Assembly (NCBI RefSeq): GCF_001194135.2
Contig: NC_068987.1
Location: forward strand, 2,008,296-2,072,295
Length of the DNA: 64,000 bases
Direction: 5' to 3'
Origin: Octopus bimaculoides
Taxonomy: Eukaryota
In this document: in pieces, positions 1-12,135 of the stretch
Numbering within the stretch: position 1 is the stretch's first letter
Layout of the letters: every line of letters starts with the position of its first letter
Program-made: the position numbers and the translations under genes
The notes under the pieces: model-generated
Database searches by the model: none
What the model saw: only the letters and a program-made list of their open reading frames with translations
Told to the model about the DNA's origin: nothing

Positions 1-41
<41 letters not shown>

Positions 42-171
42 CATATACACACACACACACACACATATATATATAGTTGTCTACTAACTTTTCATAAATC
101 AGCAAAAAAATAAGCCCTCGTATATCACATTGTCTAAATAATATATGTATGTATATATTTATGAGTTTGCC

Positions 172-220
<49 letters not shown>

Positions 221-1034
221 ATGTATGTATATATGTACATGCACATACATATATTCATACATATATATAAATAGATAGATAGATTGAAAGATAGATAGAT
301 TGATAGATACATACATACATACATTCATACATACATACATACATACAACCCATAGATTTAAGCAGTTAATATAAGTGCATCAGATTGACATCGTGACAGT
401 TTTATCATCCTGACACCAAGTGGAGCAGAAATAAACAGAATATCAAACAGCAGTATATTCCACCAACAACACAAACAAACAAACACAATATCCGCCTGAT
501 GACATAAATATTAATATTAGACGACGTCTCGTGAAAGGCGCTTTTGTGAAAATATATTAGAAATGACATCAAAGTTTTGGGGCCAAAAAAATACTTCAGC
601 CCCATGATCAATAATGAATGAAATCACATATATGAGGAGTCAAAGTAAATATATATTCTTTGAAGGATAAATGATTGTGGTGAGAAATAGGTTTGTGTTA
701 AATGTCAGGAGATTTCGGTGCATCATCAGACTGGCTTCGGTAACCTCGGCGTTGATCCGCATCGAGAAAATATGTGACGATGTTTCTCATAGAAATTATG
801 ATGACCTACGTTTAGAACTAAATGTTGAAGATTCTTGACACGGAACATCTTGTGTAAAAGAGAAGGGCTATTTAGTCCAAACTTAGTTGGGTTTTAACAT
901 GAGGTGGGAGTATAGGAAGTGTGCTGTGATTGTCGTTCAATTTCAGGCTGGTTCGTTCTAAGTTTGTTACGTTCGGAACCATTTCAAACACAGAAAGACG
1001 GATATAGCTTCTTCATTTACAAACACACGAACAC

Positions 1035-1040
1035 ATTATT

Positions 1041-1073
<33 letters not shown>

Positions 1074-1101
1074 GTTATTGTTATTATTATTATTATTATT
1101 A

Positions 1102-1139
<38 letters not shown>

Positions 1140-1176
1140 GTCATCGTCGTCGTCGTTGTTGTTGTTGTTGTTGTTG
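1035..1176. repeat. Compound trinucleotide microsatellite (ATT)n-(GTC)n-(GTT)n
   Basis: Direct reading. Confidence 0.95.
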
Positions 1177-1709
1177 CAATACTTTATTACATAAAGTACT
1201 GTTTGTCTGAGGTCCTTGTTGTGACTTGACAGACGGTGCAAACCCCTGGTAGACACAATATCTTCAATCAACGACATCACGCTATTGTATACTGTGTGGC
1301 GTCTAGAAGAAGAAGAAGAAGAAGAAGAAGATATATGTATGTGCATGACTGTGTATGTAGGTAAATTCTTCGGCGAGAACAACTGCACAGACGAACAGAG
1401 TTTACTGTGCAACGCTGCATGTAATGCCTGCACACATCGACTGCAACTAATATTGTCTTCTCACAAATCTTCAACGTTTGATGACAAACATCTGGACTTC
1501 TTTCACATCTCCCACCTTCCTTCCTTTCCCCTCTACTCTCCTCCTCATTTCCCTCCTCTTTTCAATCCTCTCATTCACTCTGTCTCTGTCTCTTTCGTTC
1601 TCATTTTCTCTTCCTCTTTCTCTCTCCCTCTCTTTCTCTCTCTTGCTCTTTACCCTTCTCTCTTCTCTCTCTCTCTCTTCTTTCTCTCTCTCTCACCCTC
1701 ATGTCCTCA

Positions 1710-1815
1710 GGTCATGTTCCCTATCAAACGCCACTGACGTCATCGCTCTGCACCGGTGCAAGACCAATTCATTATTCATAATTAATCAATTATTAAGACA
1801 AGCTGGTGACTCATC
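1710..1815. promoter_or_regulatory. Candidate enhancer: CRE, 12-bp palindrome, homeodomain cluster, AP-1
   Basis: TGACGTCA 1735-1742, TGCACCGGTGCA 1749-1760, ATAATTAATCAATTATTA at about 1778-1795, TGACTCA 1807-1813. Confidence 0.3.
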
Positions 1816-1901
1816 GTCTCAAGTTTTAACACGCGTGCGCGCGCACATACGCACACAGAGACGCGCGCCCGCGCACTGCACATGCGCACACAACCAGACA
1901 C

Positions 1902-2009
1902 ATATTCTTTTCTACTCTAGGCAGAAGGCCCTAAATTTTGAAGGAGGGGAGGGACAGTCGATTAGATCGAGTCTAGTACGCAACTGATACTTAATATATC
2001 GACTCCGAA
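1902..2009 (-). mobile_element. SINE family B, 3' half
   Basis: Tail ATATTCTTTTCTACTCTAGGC..AAGGCC and GTCGATTAGATCGA are shared with the other B copies. Confidence 0.85.
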
Positions 2010-2019
2010 TCGCCTTATA

Positions 2020-2221
2020 AATATTCTTTTCTACTCTAGGTACAAGACCCGGAATTTTGGGGGCGGGTCCTCCAGTCGATTACATCGACCCAAGTACGCA
2101 ACTGGTACTTAATTTATCAACCTCGAAAGGATGAAAGGCAACGTCAACTTCGGTGGAATTTGAACTCAGAACGTAAAGACAGACGAAATACCACTAAGCA
2201 TTTCGCCCGGGGTGCTAATGT
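2020..2221 (-). mobile_element. tRNA-derived SINE family B, near full length
   Basis: Minus strand has B box GAGTTCAAATTCC, central GCCTTTCATCCTTTCGAGGTTGATAAA-TTAAGTACCAG and tail CCTAGAGTAGAAAAGAATAT. Confidence 0.9.
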
Positions 2222-2225
2222 TTGT

Positions 2226-2301
2226 TATTTCTTTATTGCCCACAAGGAGCTAAACATAGAGGGGACAAACAAGGACAGACAAAGGGATTAAGTCGATTAC
2301 A
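2226..2301 (-). mobile_element. SINE tail variant (family C)
   Basis: TATTGCCCACAAGGAGCTAAACATAGAGGGGACAAACAAGGACA recurs at 17487-17532. Confidence 0.7.
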
Positions 2302-2785
2302 ATTTGCAAGGCTTGCCGCATACCTCACAACTGATGTAACTCTCGAATTTATTACCTTTACAAAGTTACCAAAATTTAACTATGACTTCACTATAAACTT
2401 GGTGCCTCTGAAGTACTCATTTAAAATGGTTTCCTTTATTTCTCTGCTTTTGACGGTATCTGATTCCCAAACTCTCAAATACTTGACTTCGAGAATTTTC
2501 ATTGCCTGATTATTTGGCAGTTTAATTCCTTCACACTGCTTTGATTTTCCCCTCTTCAATATCAGAATGGCACATTTATTGATACCAAATTCCATGTCTA
2601 TGTCATTAGTGACAATTCTTACTGTGTTCACCAATGTGTTAAGTTGATCTTCATCTTTCCATTAAAGTTTTAAATCGTCCATTTACAGTGGGTGTTTAAC
2701 CTCTCCCACTCCGGTTCCTAATCATATCTCTCTTTAAATTCTCTCAAAACTACCTCAGCTGGATAGGGAAATGGTATTAGCATGT
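2302..2785 (-). pseudogene. R4/Dong-clade LINE reverse transcriptase fragment (degenerate)
   Basis: With stops, translates as HPL*MDDLKL*WKDEDQLNTLVNTVRIVTNDIDMEFGINKCAILILKRGK...KYL...NEYFR...KS*LNFGNFVKVINSRVTSVVRY. This matches R4/Dong RT motifs (YMDDLKL, DIGMEFGLDKC, LN.GN.IKAIN). Confidence 0.8.
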
Positions 2786-5009
2786 ATTTTTAAAGCCACT
2801 CCTTCAAAATCCATACGTCGAAATCGACGGGATTGACCATCATCATCACCATCGTCATCATCATTATTGTTGTCGTCGTCATTGTTGTTGTTCTTGTTGT
2901 TGCTGCTGTATTATATTTGTATATACAGCGTAAGAAATTGATTCCGGATAAAGAACTGATGATTTCGTTTCTGCCTGAAGAACATCAGACGGAAAGTTGT
3001 GTGTTCCGTAGAATGCTGTCACTTCCTAGAATAGCAGGCTTTGGTTGAAGACCGAAAACTATGTTGATGCTTCCGCAGAAATACTCTCTCTGTTGTTACT
3101 ACTCTTACTTCTGCTGCTACTTCTGCTTTTTTTTTTTTTTTTTTTTGGTTTCCGATTCAGCTCTGATCCATCAGAATTATGATAAAAAAACCCATTCCAG
3201 CCAGGAGCATTCCATCGTTATTTTTTTCATATTTAATGCTTTTATAACTACATTATGGAATACATCCTTATTTAAGAAGGTTGAATGTAATTTGAGGAAA
3301 AGTTTGGTTGTCATTTCTTTTATTTAGAGTAATCACGTTGTCCTATCGTACTTATGTTTGCCGTTATCAGCATTCTATTTTACGGTGCCGATATCTGCTG
3401 GTCCACACAACAATGCTAACTTTCAAAATAGGTTTCTGAGACACTTGCCCCTCCTGAGTCGCCGTTGATATGAATAAGTTTTTCACTCTTAGATAGAACA
3501 TCTGAAGTGTTGTACTGGGATTGCAACGATCTAGCTACTGGACAGTGTAATGAGGGAGAAACAGCAAGGAGCCACGCATTTTTGAGAGGGGTTAAGGAAG
3601 GTTCCAGTTACAATGTCTTGCTTGTCCCATCACTGTATTCGGTTGGAGAGGGGTGAAGCAAACTCTAGGACTTGTTGCACACTTGTGGTGTGGTGATACA
3701 CTTTGATGATGATGGCGGTGGTGGTGGTGATGATGGTGGTGCTGGTGATAGGGTGAAGTTTATGAAAATAATGATGCCGATGATGACCATCATAATGATA
3801 ATGATAATGATGACGATGCTGATGTTGAACGTGATGAAGTTGATATTGCTAATGAAGATGATGGACGGTGGGGATGATAATGATGATGATGATGATGATG
3901 ATGATGACGACGACGACGATGATGATGATGTTCAAAATGAGGAAGGGGAGGACAAGGATTATAGTATCCATAAGGGTATTTATAAAGCAAATCTGACATA
4001 TTTTGCAATATATGCACTGGTTGACCTCTCTACAAATGTCGTTTCATGGTTTATTTCTTTCCGATTATTTCTTTCTGATGTTACACGGGTGTAAAACGTT
4101 CACACCCGGTTGCAACCAATTCCGCCACCGATCGATCAATTAACGGATTTTATGTCGTATCACTTCTGCTTTGGTTCATGTATATACAGGCATATATATA
4201 TATATATATANNNNNNNNNNNNNNNNNNNNNNNNNNNNNNNNNNNNNNNNNNNNNNNNNNNNNNNNNNNNNNNNNNNNNNNNNNNNNNNNNNNNNNNNNN
4301 NNNNNNNNNNNNNNNNNNNNNNNNNNNNNNNNNNNNNNNNNNNNNNNNNNNNNNNNNATATATGTATATATACATACAGACATATATATATATGTATGTA
4401 TGTATATATGTCAGCACCTAAACTGCACTAAGCACTCTTCAAATATACGTCGGAGTCTTTGAACGCAAAGGTTTACATCACCACTTCTATCGGGTACATA
4501 AATACACCTCAATGGGTACATATATCGGGGGTGGTGGACATGTAACTGTAAAAGATGATTTATTAGAATTTAATAAGGTTTAGCATCGAACGCTTTGGTG
4601 TATGACACTTTCAACACTCGATGCTGCACTCTTCGTTGTTTTACCTAGATAGATAGATAGATAGATAGATAGGTAGATGAGTGTGTGTGTGTGTGTGTGT
4701 ATTTACAAATATATATATATTTAGCAGAAAATGAAGTAAGTCTCGAGCACATAATAGCAGTGAAAACAGGTCAGATGATTGTGTAAATACTCTCGGAAGA
4801 GGGAAAGCAAAGCGGCCAGCAAGCCGCTACGCCTAATCGAAACCTGTACTTCTCAAGTTCAGGATGAGCGGCCTAGGTCATTGATTTAACCGATCCCTGA
4901 CTATAAATGCTGTCTGCTATAACGCTAAATAAAAGATTTTGGAATCTGAGAACCTTTTTTATAAACAACCTTAGAAGCGCCGACTGTGTTGGACTTAGCC
5001 TTTTGTTTT

Positions 5010-5262
5010 GTTCATAATCTGTCCTCAGCAGGATTTGAAATTAGAACGTCGCGATTAGGAACAAACGTCACAAAGCATTTGTCCGATATTTTAATAATTT
5101 CTCCAATTAATTGCTAAGGAGTGCAACATTATTTTATCGACCCGGAAGAATGAAAGCGAACTTTAATTCAGCGGGAATTGAACCCCGAACGTAAAGAGCC
5201 GGAACCAATAATGCAAGGTTATCACGTCCGTCGTTCTAATGAGTCTACCAGTTAACCCCCTT
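5010..5262 (-). mobile_element. Two degenerate family-B SINE heads in tandem
   Basis: GGATTTGAAATTAGAACGT...AAGCATTTGTCCG and TTTTATCGACCCGGAAGAATGAAAG...GGAATTGAACCCCGAACGTAAAG. Confidence 0.6.
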
Positions 5263-5484
5263 AATTAATGATCCATATGATTAGCATATATTAGTGTATT
5301 ATTCTGCTATTACATACATATAATACAAACCAATATTGATATGAATATAAATCCCGTGAAAAATGTAATTTATCCCGGGTCACGTGCTTAACGTTTTATT
5401 AATTTTCTCTTTGCTATTAATTCGCCAATTTGAGGTCTGCTCGCTTCTGACTCTAATATAGCCCAATCATATGGATCGTTAATT
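5263..5484. mobile_element. MITE-like element with 32-bp imperfect terminal inverted repeats
   Basis: 5263-5294 AATTAATGATCCATATGATTAGCATATATTAG versus the reverse complement of 5453-5484 AATTAACGATCCATATGATTGGGCTATATTAG (28/32). No clear target-site duplication (TSD). Confidence 0.55.
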
Positions 5485-6427
5485 GTGATATATTTATAAG
5501 TATGACAACCGCTTCCCTCTAATAATTTAAAAAGATACATACACTAACTAATATATACATGCATATATATATATATATATATATATATANNNNNNNNNNN
5601 NNNNNNNNNNNNNNNNNNNNNNNNNNNNNNNNNNNNNNNNNNNNNNNNNNNNNNNNNNNNNNNNNNNNNNNNNNNNNNNNNNNNNNNNNNNNNNNNNNNN
5701 NNNNNNNNNNNNNNNNNNNNNNNNNNNNNNNNNNNNNNNNNNNNNNNNNNNNNNNNNNNNNNNNNNNNNNNNNNNNNNNNNNNNNNNNNNNNNNNNNNNN
5801 NNNNNNNNNNNNNNNNNNATATATGAAGCCATTGTTAATGTACATTTTCTCTCTCTAAATTGTAATTAAAGAATTCAAACTTTGGTGAGGGTGAAATGAT
5901 GGAATAAATTTAATTATTTCTTAAATAGAAAAAAGCCAAGACACCCTACAAGGCAAGTCACTGTGGCGGTTCTTTAATTTACTTGGCTGCAAAATCCATT
6001 TGTAATCTTGTCAAATTCTATGACCACCAAAATAGCAGACTGTTGGCGCCATCTTTATGGAATGGTTAGGGTTGGTGTCTTTTATAAACAGGATCTGTCT
6101 GTGGGTGATAATTGTCAACTTAAGCATCATTCTGTGATTGATGAATTTAAGACTCCAAGACACCAAATGGTAATTTTGGTGCCTGACATATTTTGTGAAG
6201 TCAGTTTAATTATAATTGTAGTCGTGGTCAGGGGAACGAATAATTAGCGTTAATTAACAATTCTGGACAAGAAAGGCAAGGAAGATAAATCCGGAATTAT
6301 AATTAATTAAAATTCATTAAGAATAGATTTTGGGAAATTGTTCAAGTTAACTGACAAACCATATAAGCCAATATCTTTTTAATCTTTGTCTCATGTAAAT
6401 GAAATATATAATGGTAAGTAATATCCT

Positions 6428-6638
6428 CTCTACCAAAGACATAAGGCCTGGATTTTTGCGTTGAGGGGTTAGTCGATTGCATCGACCTCGCTTAACAACT
6501 GCTACTTTATTTTATCAACCCCGAACGGATGAAAGGTAACGTTGACCTCGGTGGCATTTGAACTCAGATCGTAAAGACGGATGAAATGCTGCTAAGCACT
6601 TTGTCCGGCGGTGTAACGATTCAGCCGGCTCGCCGCCT
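6428..6638 (-). mobile_element. SINE family B
   Basis: Head reads AGGCGGCGAGCCGGCTGAATCGTTA on minus, with B box and central domain as in other copies. Confidence 0.88.
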
Positions 6639-7252
6639 TTGTAACATACATATATTTATGAGAGATGCATAATTACCACCTTTCTCCCTATCGTGTTAAT
6701 CTTGAATTTATTTAGAAATTTTATTTTCTTAGGATTTCTGTTTAAACTTTGATGGTTTAGAATTCCTCGTAAAGGGAGAAAAAATTCACGAATTCAATTT
6801 TATTCCCTTGAAATTCCTCTCCAACTCATTTTTTAAACCCTAAATCCTATTCTGATAGCGTCACTAGAAATCCTAACCTCTAATCTTAAGCTTTAACCGT
6901 AAACCGATTTTTCGTTACTCTACTATAATTCTTTTATATTTAGTACATCTAGATGAGAAAAAAACAATGAATAAATAATTAAAAAAATAAATAAAAGCAA
7001 TCGGAAGTAGAAAAATTGTCAAGAATCAAAATATTACAATTGGTTGTTTACCCCAAAACCGAAAAGGACACGGTTGACAACAATTTTGGTAATGGAATTT
7101 TAAAACAATTTTTTTTTTCAAAATCATGGCAAAATACCGCCCCCCACAAACCAACGGGTAGAAAATAAAAACCATTAATCCATTAGAATTTATATTGCTG
7201 TAGTTTGTCAATTTGTACTTTTTCATAAGTTTAAAGTTTTTATTTGAAACGA

Positions 7253-7458
7253 AGGCGACGAGCTGGCAAAATTGTAATTGTTAGCCCACCGGGCAAAATG
7301 CTCAGCGGTATTTCATCCAGTTTTACGTTCCGAGTTCAAATTCCGCTGAGATCGACTTTACATTTCATCCTTTCGGGGTCAATAAAATAAGTACCATTAA
7401 TCGACTTACCCTCTTACCTGCACTTGCTGACCATGTGCCAAAATTTTAAACTAATATT
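7253..7458 (+). mobile_element. SINE family B
   Basis: AGGCGACGAGCTGGCAAAATTG...GAGTTCAAATTCCGCTGAGATCGACTT...TTCATCCTTTCGGGGTCAATAAAATAAGTACC. Confidence 0.88.
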
Positions 7459-7904
7459 CTACATGAAATTTAGTCTAATACAGACGCAGTTGTGTAATGA
7501 AGAACGTCCCTCCGCAACCACGTGGTTTCGGGTTAATGACACTCAATATTTAAAGATATTTAGTTTATACATTAAACTAGTATTGTTGAAATAAGGCTTC
7601 TCTTCGTTTCTGGGGACCTACATAAGTGAAAGTACTTTGTGCGAAGGACGTGGCCTACGTTTTCAAAAAGTGAATTTATTTTCCTACAAAAGAGAAACTC
7701 TTAAGGAACGAAAGTAAACCAGTGGACATTAAAATGTTGGTTAGATCCTATAAAATATCCAGTGTAACATTCTCGATATTGAAGTGAGACCCACCTAATA
7801 TTTTGATAAAGTTTCTGCTTAACGTGGGCAAAGCATCGCTATAAATCAATCAGTTGTATCGAATGTTAACAGTTGAGAGAACAGTCAACAGGAGATACAG
7901 GACG

Positions 7905-8076
7905 AGCGTTCCAGTTGATCCGATGAACGGAACAACCTGCTCGTGAAATAAAATGTTAAGTGGCTGAGCACTCCACAGACACGTGTGTACCCTTAACGTC
8001 GCTCTCAGGGAGATTCAGCGCAGCAGAGAATGTGACAAGGCTGGCCCTTTGAAATACTAGCACTTCTTTTTTGCCA
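7905..8076 (-). mobile_element. Interspersed repeat family E (SINE tail-like)
   Basis: Reverse complement ...ACACGTGTCTGTGGAGTGCTCAGCCACTT...GATCAACTGGAAC. A decayed copy GTGTCTGTGGAGAACTCGGCCAGTT lies at about 50755-50830. Confidence 0.6.
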
Positions 8077-8399
8077 TAAACCATGCGTCATCACTTAACC
8101 AAAAGTGGAGGACAGGACTCGTGACCTTTCCTTGGTCGTGCAGTTTAGAATATGAGGAGAGCGGAAAATATTTTCAAACCTTTCTTCGACTGATGTGAAT
8201 ATTTTCCACAGAATGGACACTGATTTATGGAACTTTCGAACAGATAAACCGAGCGTCAGATTTAGTAAAGTGAGATATGAGAAAATTTAGTTGCTATTTC
8301 TAGCAGACTGAGAAGCTACGTAGGATCTCCTTCACGCAAATCAATTGACTTAATTGAGCGCATAGAATCAAGTAGGGTTTGGAGACAAGAGTTAATGAA

Positions 8400-8770
8400 A
8401 GAGAGTCATGTGTTTATCCGGAATCTATCTGGGATAAACAATTTCTTGGGCAACATCTGCTTCGGTTTGGATTACATGTGCAAGGTGTAGTAATCACCTG
8501 AGTTCCAAGCTATTTAATCGCTCCATAAAGATGATATGATCCTGTAAAATACTTAGAAACAGGCCGCAGGCAGATGTTAGCAAGCTGTCAGATCTGTAGA
8601 ATTGTCTGGAATCAGTTCCAAGACATCAGCCAAGATTACAAGGTTAAATTGCTGAACATACTACATACCACATTTCGGTATGTTTTCTGGAAATATATCT
8701 TGCACACTTTCAATATGGCTAACAGCATTTGATATAATCCGCGTGACGACTGGCATTTCCAACAATTTCA
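8400..8770 (-). pseudogene. Old CR1/L2-type LINE fragment (post-RT region)
   Basis: Frameshifted reading gives GNASR...IK, (E)Y.SAI.NP, DVLELI(Q)RQFYR and ERLNSLELR. This resembles EYCS.VWNP...LE.VQR.F.R...ERL...SLE.RR. Confidence 0.55.
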
Positions 8771-8804
8771 CTCTCTCTCTCTCTCACTCTCTCTCTATCC
8801 CCCC

Positions 8805-8863
<59 letters not shown>

Positions 8864-9108
8864 GCTCTCTCGCTCTCTCTCTCAAGCTATCTATATATCT
8901 AACACTGTCTGTCCTTTTATCTTTTTATGCATCTCTGTATATCTATTTCCAAATATACACGCACACACACACATTCGTTCAAACAACCCTCTATACAAAC
9001 ATATATTCCTACACATATACATACAAACATACATACATACATACATACAAACATACATACATACATACATACATACATACATACATACATACATACATAC
9101 ATACATAC
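8771..9108. repeat. (CT)n and (ACAT)n microsatellites
   Basis: Direct reading. (TG)n follows at 9318-9412. Confidence 0.95.
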
Positions 9109-9314
9109 TTGCATGCATACAGTTTGGCATATATACTTATAGACCTGTCCGCCAACATCCATTGATACTTATATACACATATATGTATATATGTGCGAGT
9201 GTATGTCTATATAACAGCGTTTCGTCATGGCAGATGTGTTTGGTATCTGCGCATGTGTATGTGAGGAAAGGCGAGGCAGACAGAGAGAGAGAAAATAAGT
9301 GATGTAGTGTGGGG

Positions 9315-9415
<101 letters not shown>

Positions 9416-9463
9416 ACTGTTTATTAATCAATAGCGTTGCTTATGAACATGTTTGGTAACACT

Positions 9464-9672
9464 GGGGCAGTGAGCTGGTAGAATCGCTAGAGCGCCGGGT
9501 AAAAATGCAAAGCGACATTTCGTTTGTTTTCACATTCTGAGTTCAAATTCCGTTGAGGTCAACTTTGCACTTCCTCTTTTCAGATTCGATAAAATAGGAA
9601 CCAGTTGTGTCCTGGGGTCGAATTATTGATCTACACTCTCCCACGAATTTGCCAAAATTTGAAACCAATACT
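9464..9672 (+). mobile_element. SINE family B
   Basis: GGCAGTGAGCTGGTAGAATCG...GAGTTCAAATTCCGTTGAGGTCAACTTTGC...GATAAAATAGGAACCAG. Confidence 0.85.
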
Positions 9673-11241
9673 CTTGGAAACAATGGTTTCGATTTGCTGA
9701 AATAGTAGAGCAGTGGACAAAAAAATATGTAATGTTCAAATATAGATTTATATATTGTAAGTTCGAATCCTACTGAATGGGGGATCAATATTGCTTTTCC
9801 TTTTTCTGGTAGTGTTGTGAGGAGTCAAGAAAGAAAAAAAAATTACCTGTGAAATATCGGGGTTTGTAATCTGACATTTGTAACTCTTCTTCAATCTTGG
9901 GGTCTTGTGTTGTTGTTATTTTGCCTTTTTTCAATCCAGTTTTTGGACAAGATACATGGCAATACGATATCAACGTTACTTTTCATCCTACCAGGGCTGA
10001 TAAAATAATGTACCAGTAAAATATTAGAGTGTCAGTAACACCCCACCCCCTGAAATCAATAGAATTTCGCTGGGGGTGCGGTGGAATGCATTTTGTATTA
10101 TTTTTGTAGTCAATGAAGAAATTTGTTGACATCAGAGAAATGTTCTGTGGCATTTAGTAATTGTTGTGAGTTCGAATCCTATCGAGGTACAATTTCTTTT
10201 TTATCTACCTCGGATTGATTTATTAGAACCACTTCAAGGATTGGTTATATATCTCACCGATTCTGCAACCCACCCAACTTCGCTCAAAATCTGTGACCTT
10301 CTGGTAACATAAGATATTATTATCGTATTTAATGAACTGCAACACCGAATACTGGTCCTTGGGATTTTCTTACGCTACGTCTCGTCAATAATATATATTG
10401 ATGTATATTGTTCTCACAAATGTCATCCGATTGTTGTTAGGGTTCAGCCCAAGGGTTGTCCTAATCTGATATTCTTGATACCTCCAGCGATAACTATCGC
10501 AGTTTATAATTCAGACATGTTATATCTAGAATTATTGTGTCCTTCTTTTACACTGCCATTTTCAGCAAGTCCAGCAAGTATATCAATGCTGGTTGGTTCT
10601 CTGATCAAAAGTATCACTGGCGATTGTCTTCGACTCCATTACCAAATACGTCATACCTGTTTTTGGTTCCTTTAATTACCATTTATCTATATTATTGCAG
10701 TGCTGGCAATCAACCAGGGTCCTACACATAAACTCTTCCTTTTCCTCCACCTCCTTACTCTTCTCCTCCTCATTCTTTTTCTTCTTGTTTTTTTTAATTC
10801 TCTTTCTCCTTCTTCGCCTCTTCATCCTCCTCGTCTCCTTTCTCTTCTTCCCCCTCTTCCTCTTATTTCAGACTACGTCTCACACGACTCTCCCAGCAAT
10901 CTCTGTCCCCCTCGTTAACCTTTGTTACATCCTCAATTACATATCCTGTGTCTCTGCCAATATATCGCCAATAGGTTGAGTGCTTTTCTTCCTTTGTTAG
11001 GCTCCAAGGAATCGCCAAAATATAAAAACCCGATATGACCGGTTATTCAGAAGAATGGCAGAGATCAGTAAAGTATATTCTGAGTTGAACGCAATAACTG
11101 TTGGGATGGGTGGAAAGCGTCCGTAAATCTCTTCTTTGATCTTCTGATAACACCATAACATATTTGGAAATGTCAAAAACCTTGCAGACTGTTGCTAATA
11201 CACTAGTAATTAAGCAGCATTAATTGCGTTTATAATTATAG

Positions 11242-11294
<53 letters not shown>

Positions 11295-11417
11295 ATGTTC
11301 TCTGTCTCGCTATATCGTAGTCTCACAGATGAACCCTCTATATATATTACCCAAACATTAAGATGTTTGTCCTTAAATATGTACACACCCTCATCAACAC
11401 ACACAAACATTCATACA

Positions 11418-11452
<35 letters not shown>

Positions 11453-12135
11453 GCGCACATACACACACACTATCCTATTAACCAGTTCCTTGCATGTTAG
11501 TCAGTGCAAACCTCTTAATCGGACGCTAAATTAAAACGATCTCTTTTTTTTATCTCCTATATCTAGAGAGTTCTCTGCAGTTCTCTTCCTTCCGGTCTCC
11601 TTACTCTCACTCCGATTCTTTCTGGCTGTGTATAAGTGTATGTATGCATGTGTGTGTGTGTTTGTGAGTGCGTATGAATGTGTGTGTGTGTGTGTGCGCG
11701 CGCGTGTTTGAGTTTGTGCACCAAGAAAGATAGACATACTGATACATAAGAAGTAGATGTTACCGACACACAGACAGACAAACGGACAGACATGGAAGTT
11801 CTCGTCTACGAATCGAAATATTCCCACGCACACGTTATTTTCTCATTAGTACACACGTACTCGACCTCACACACACACGAACAAACAAACACACACACAC
11901 AGCAAAAATAACCCTGCACGTCCGTTCCTCACCACACATCCATGCGCATACAAGGACATAGAGATCCACTGATGAAGGCAAGGAGCAAAGATACCAGAAG
12001 CAAGAAAGATGAAACGATATATACGTATATAGACATGCATATGTGCATACAAATATACATATAGATGTATGTACAAGGGAGTGCTGAAATGTTCTTGGTT
12101 TTGGGTGAAAAAGAAAAAAGCACTGGCGGATCAGT

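Noticed and set aside
703-735. Minus-strand CTGATGA...GAAA hammerhead-like string
   Set aside because: Stem II does not close and stem I is out of register.
2960-3065. CTGAAGA and ...AAGACC-GAAA words
   Set aside because: Core and stems cannot be assembled into one fold.
6830-6915. Interstitial telomere-like (TAACCC) run
   Set aside because: Too degenerate; no two consecutive exact units.
8498-8541. 44-nt minus-strand exon with AG/GT ends
   Set aside because: Lies inside a decayed CR1/L2 fragment (ERLNSLELR motif).
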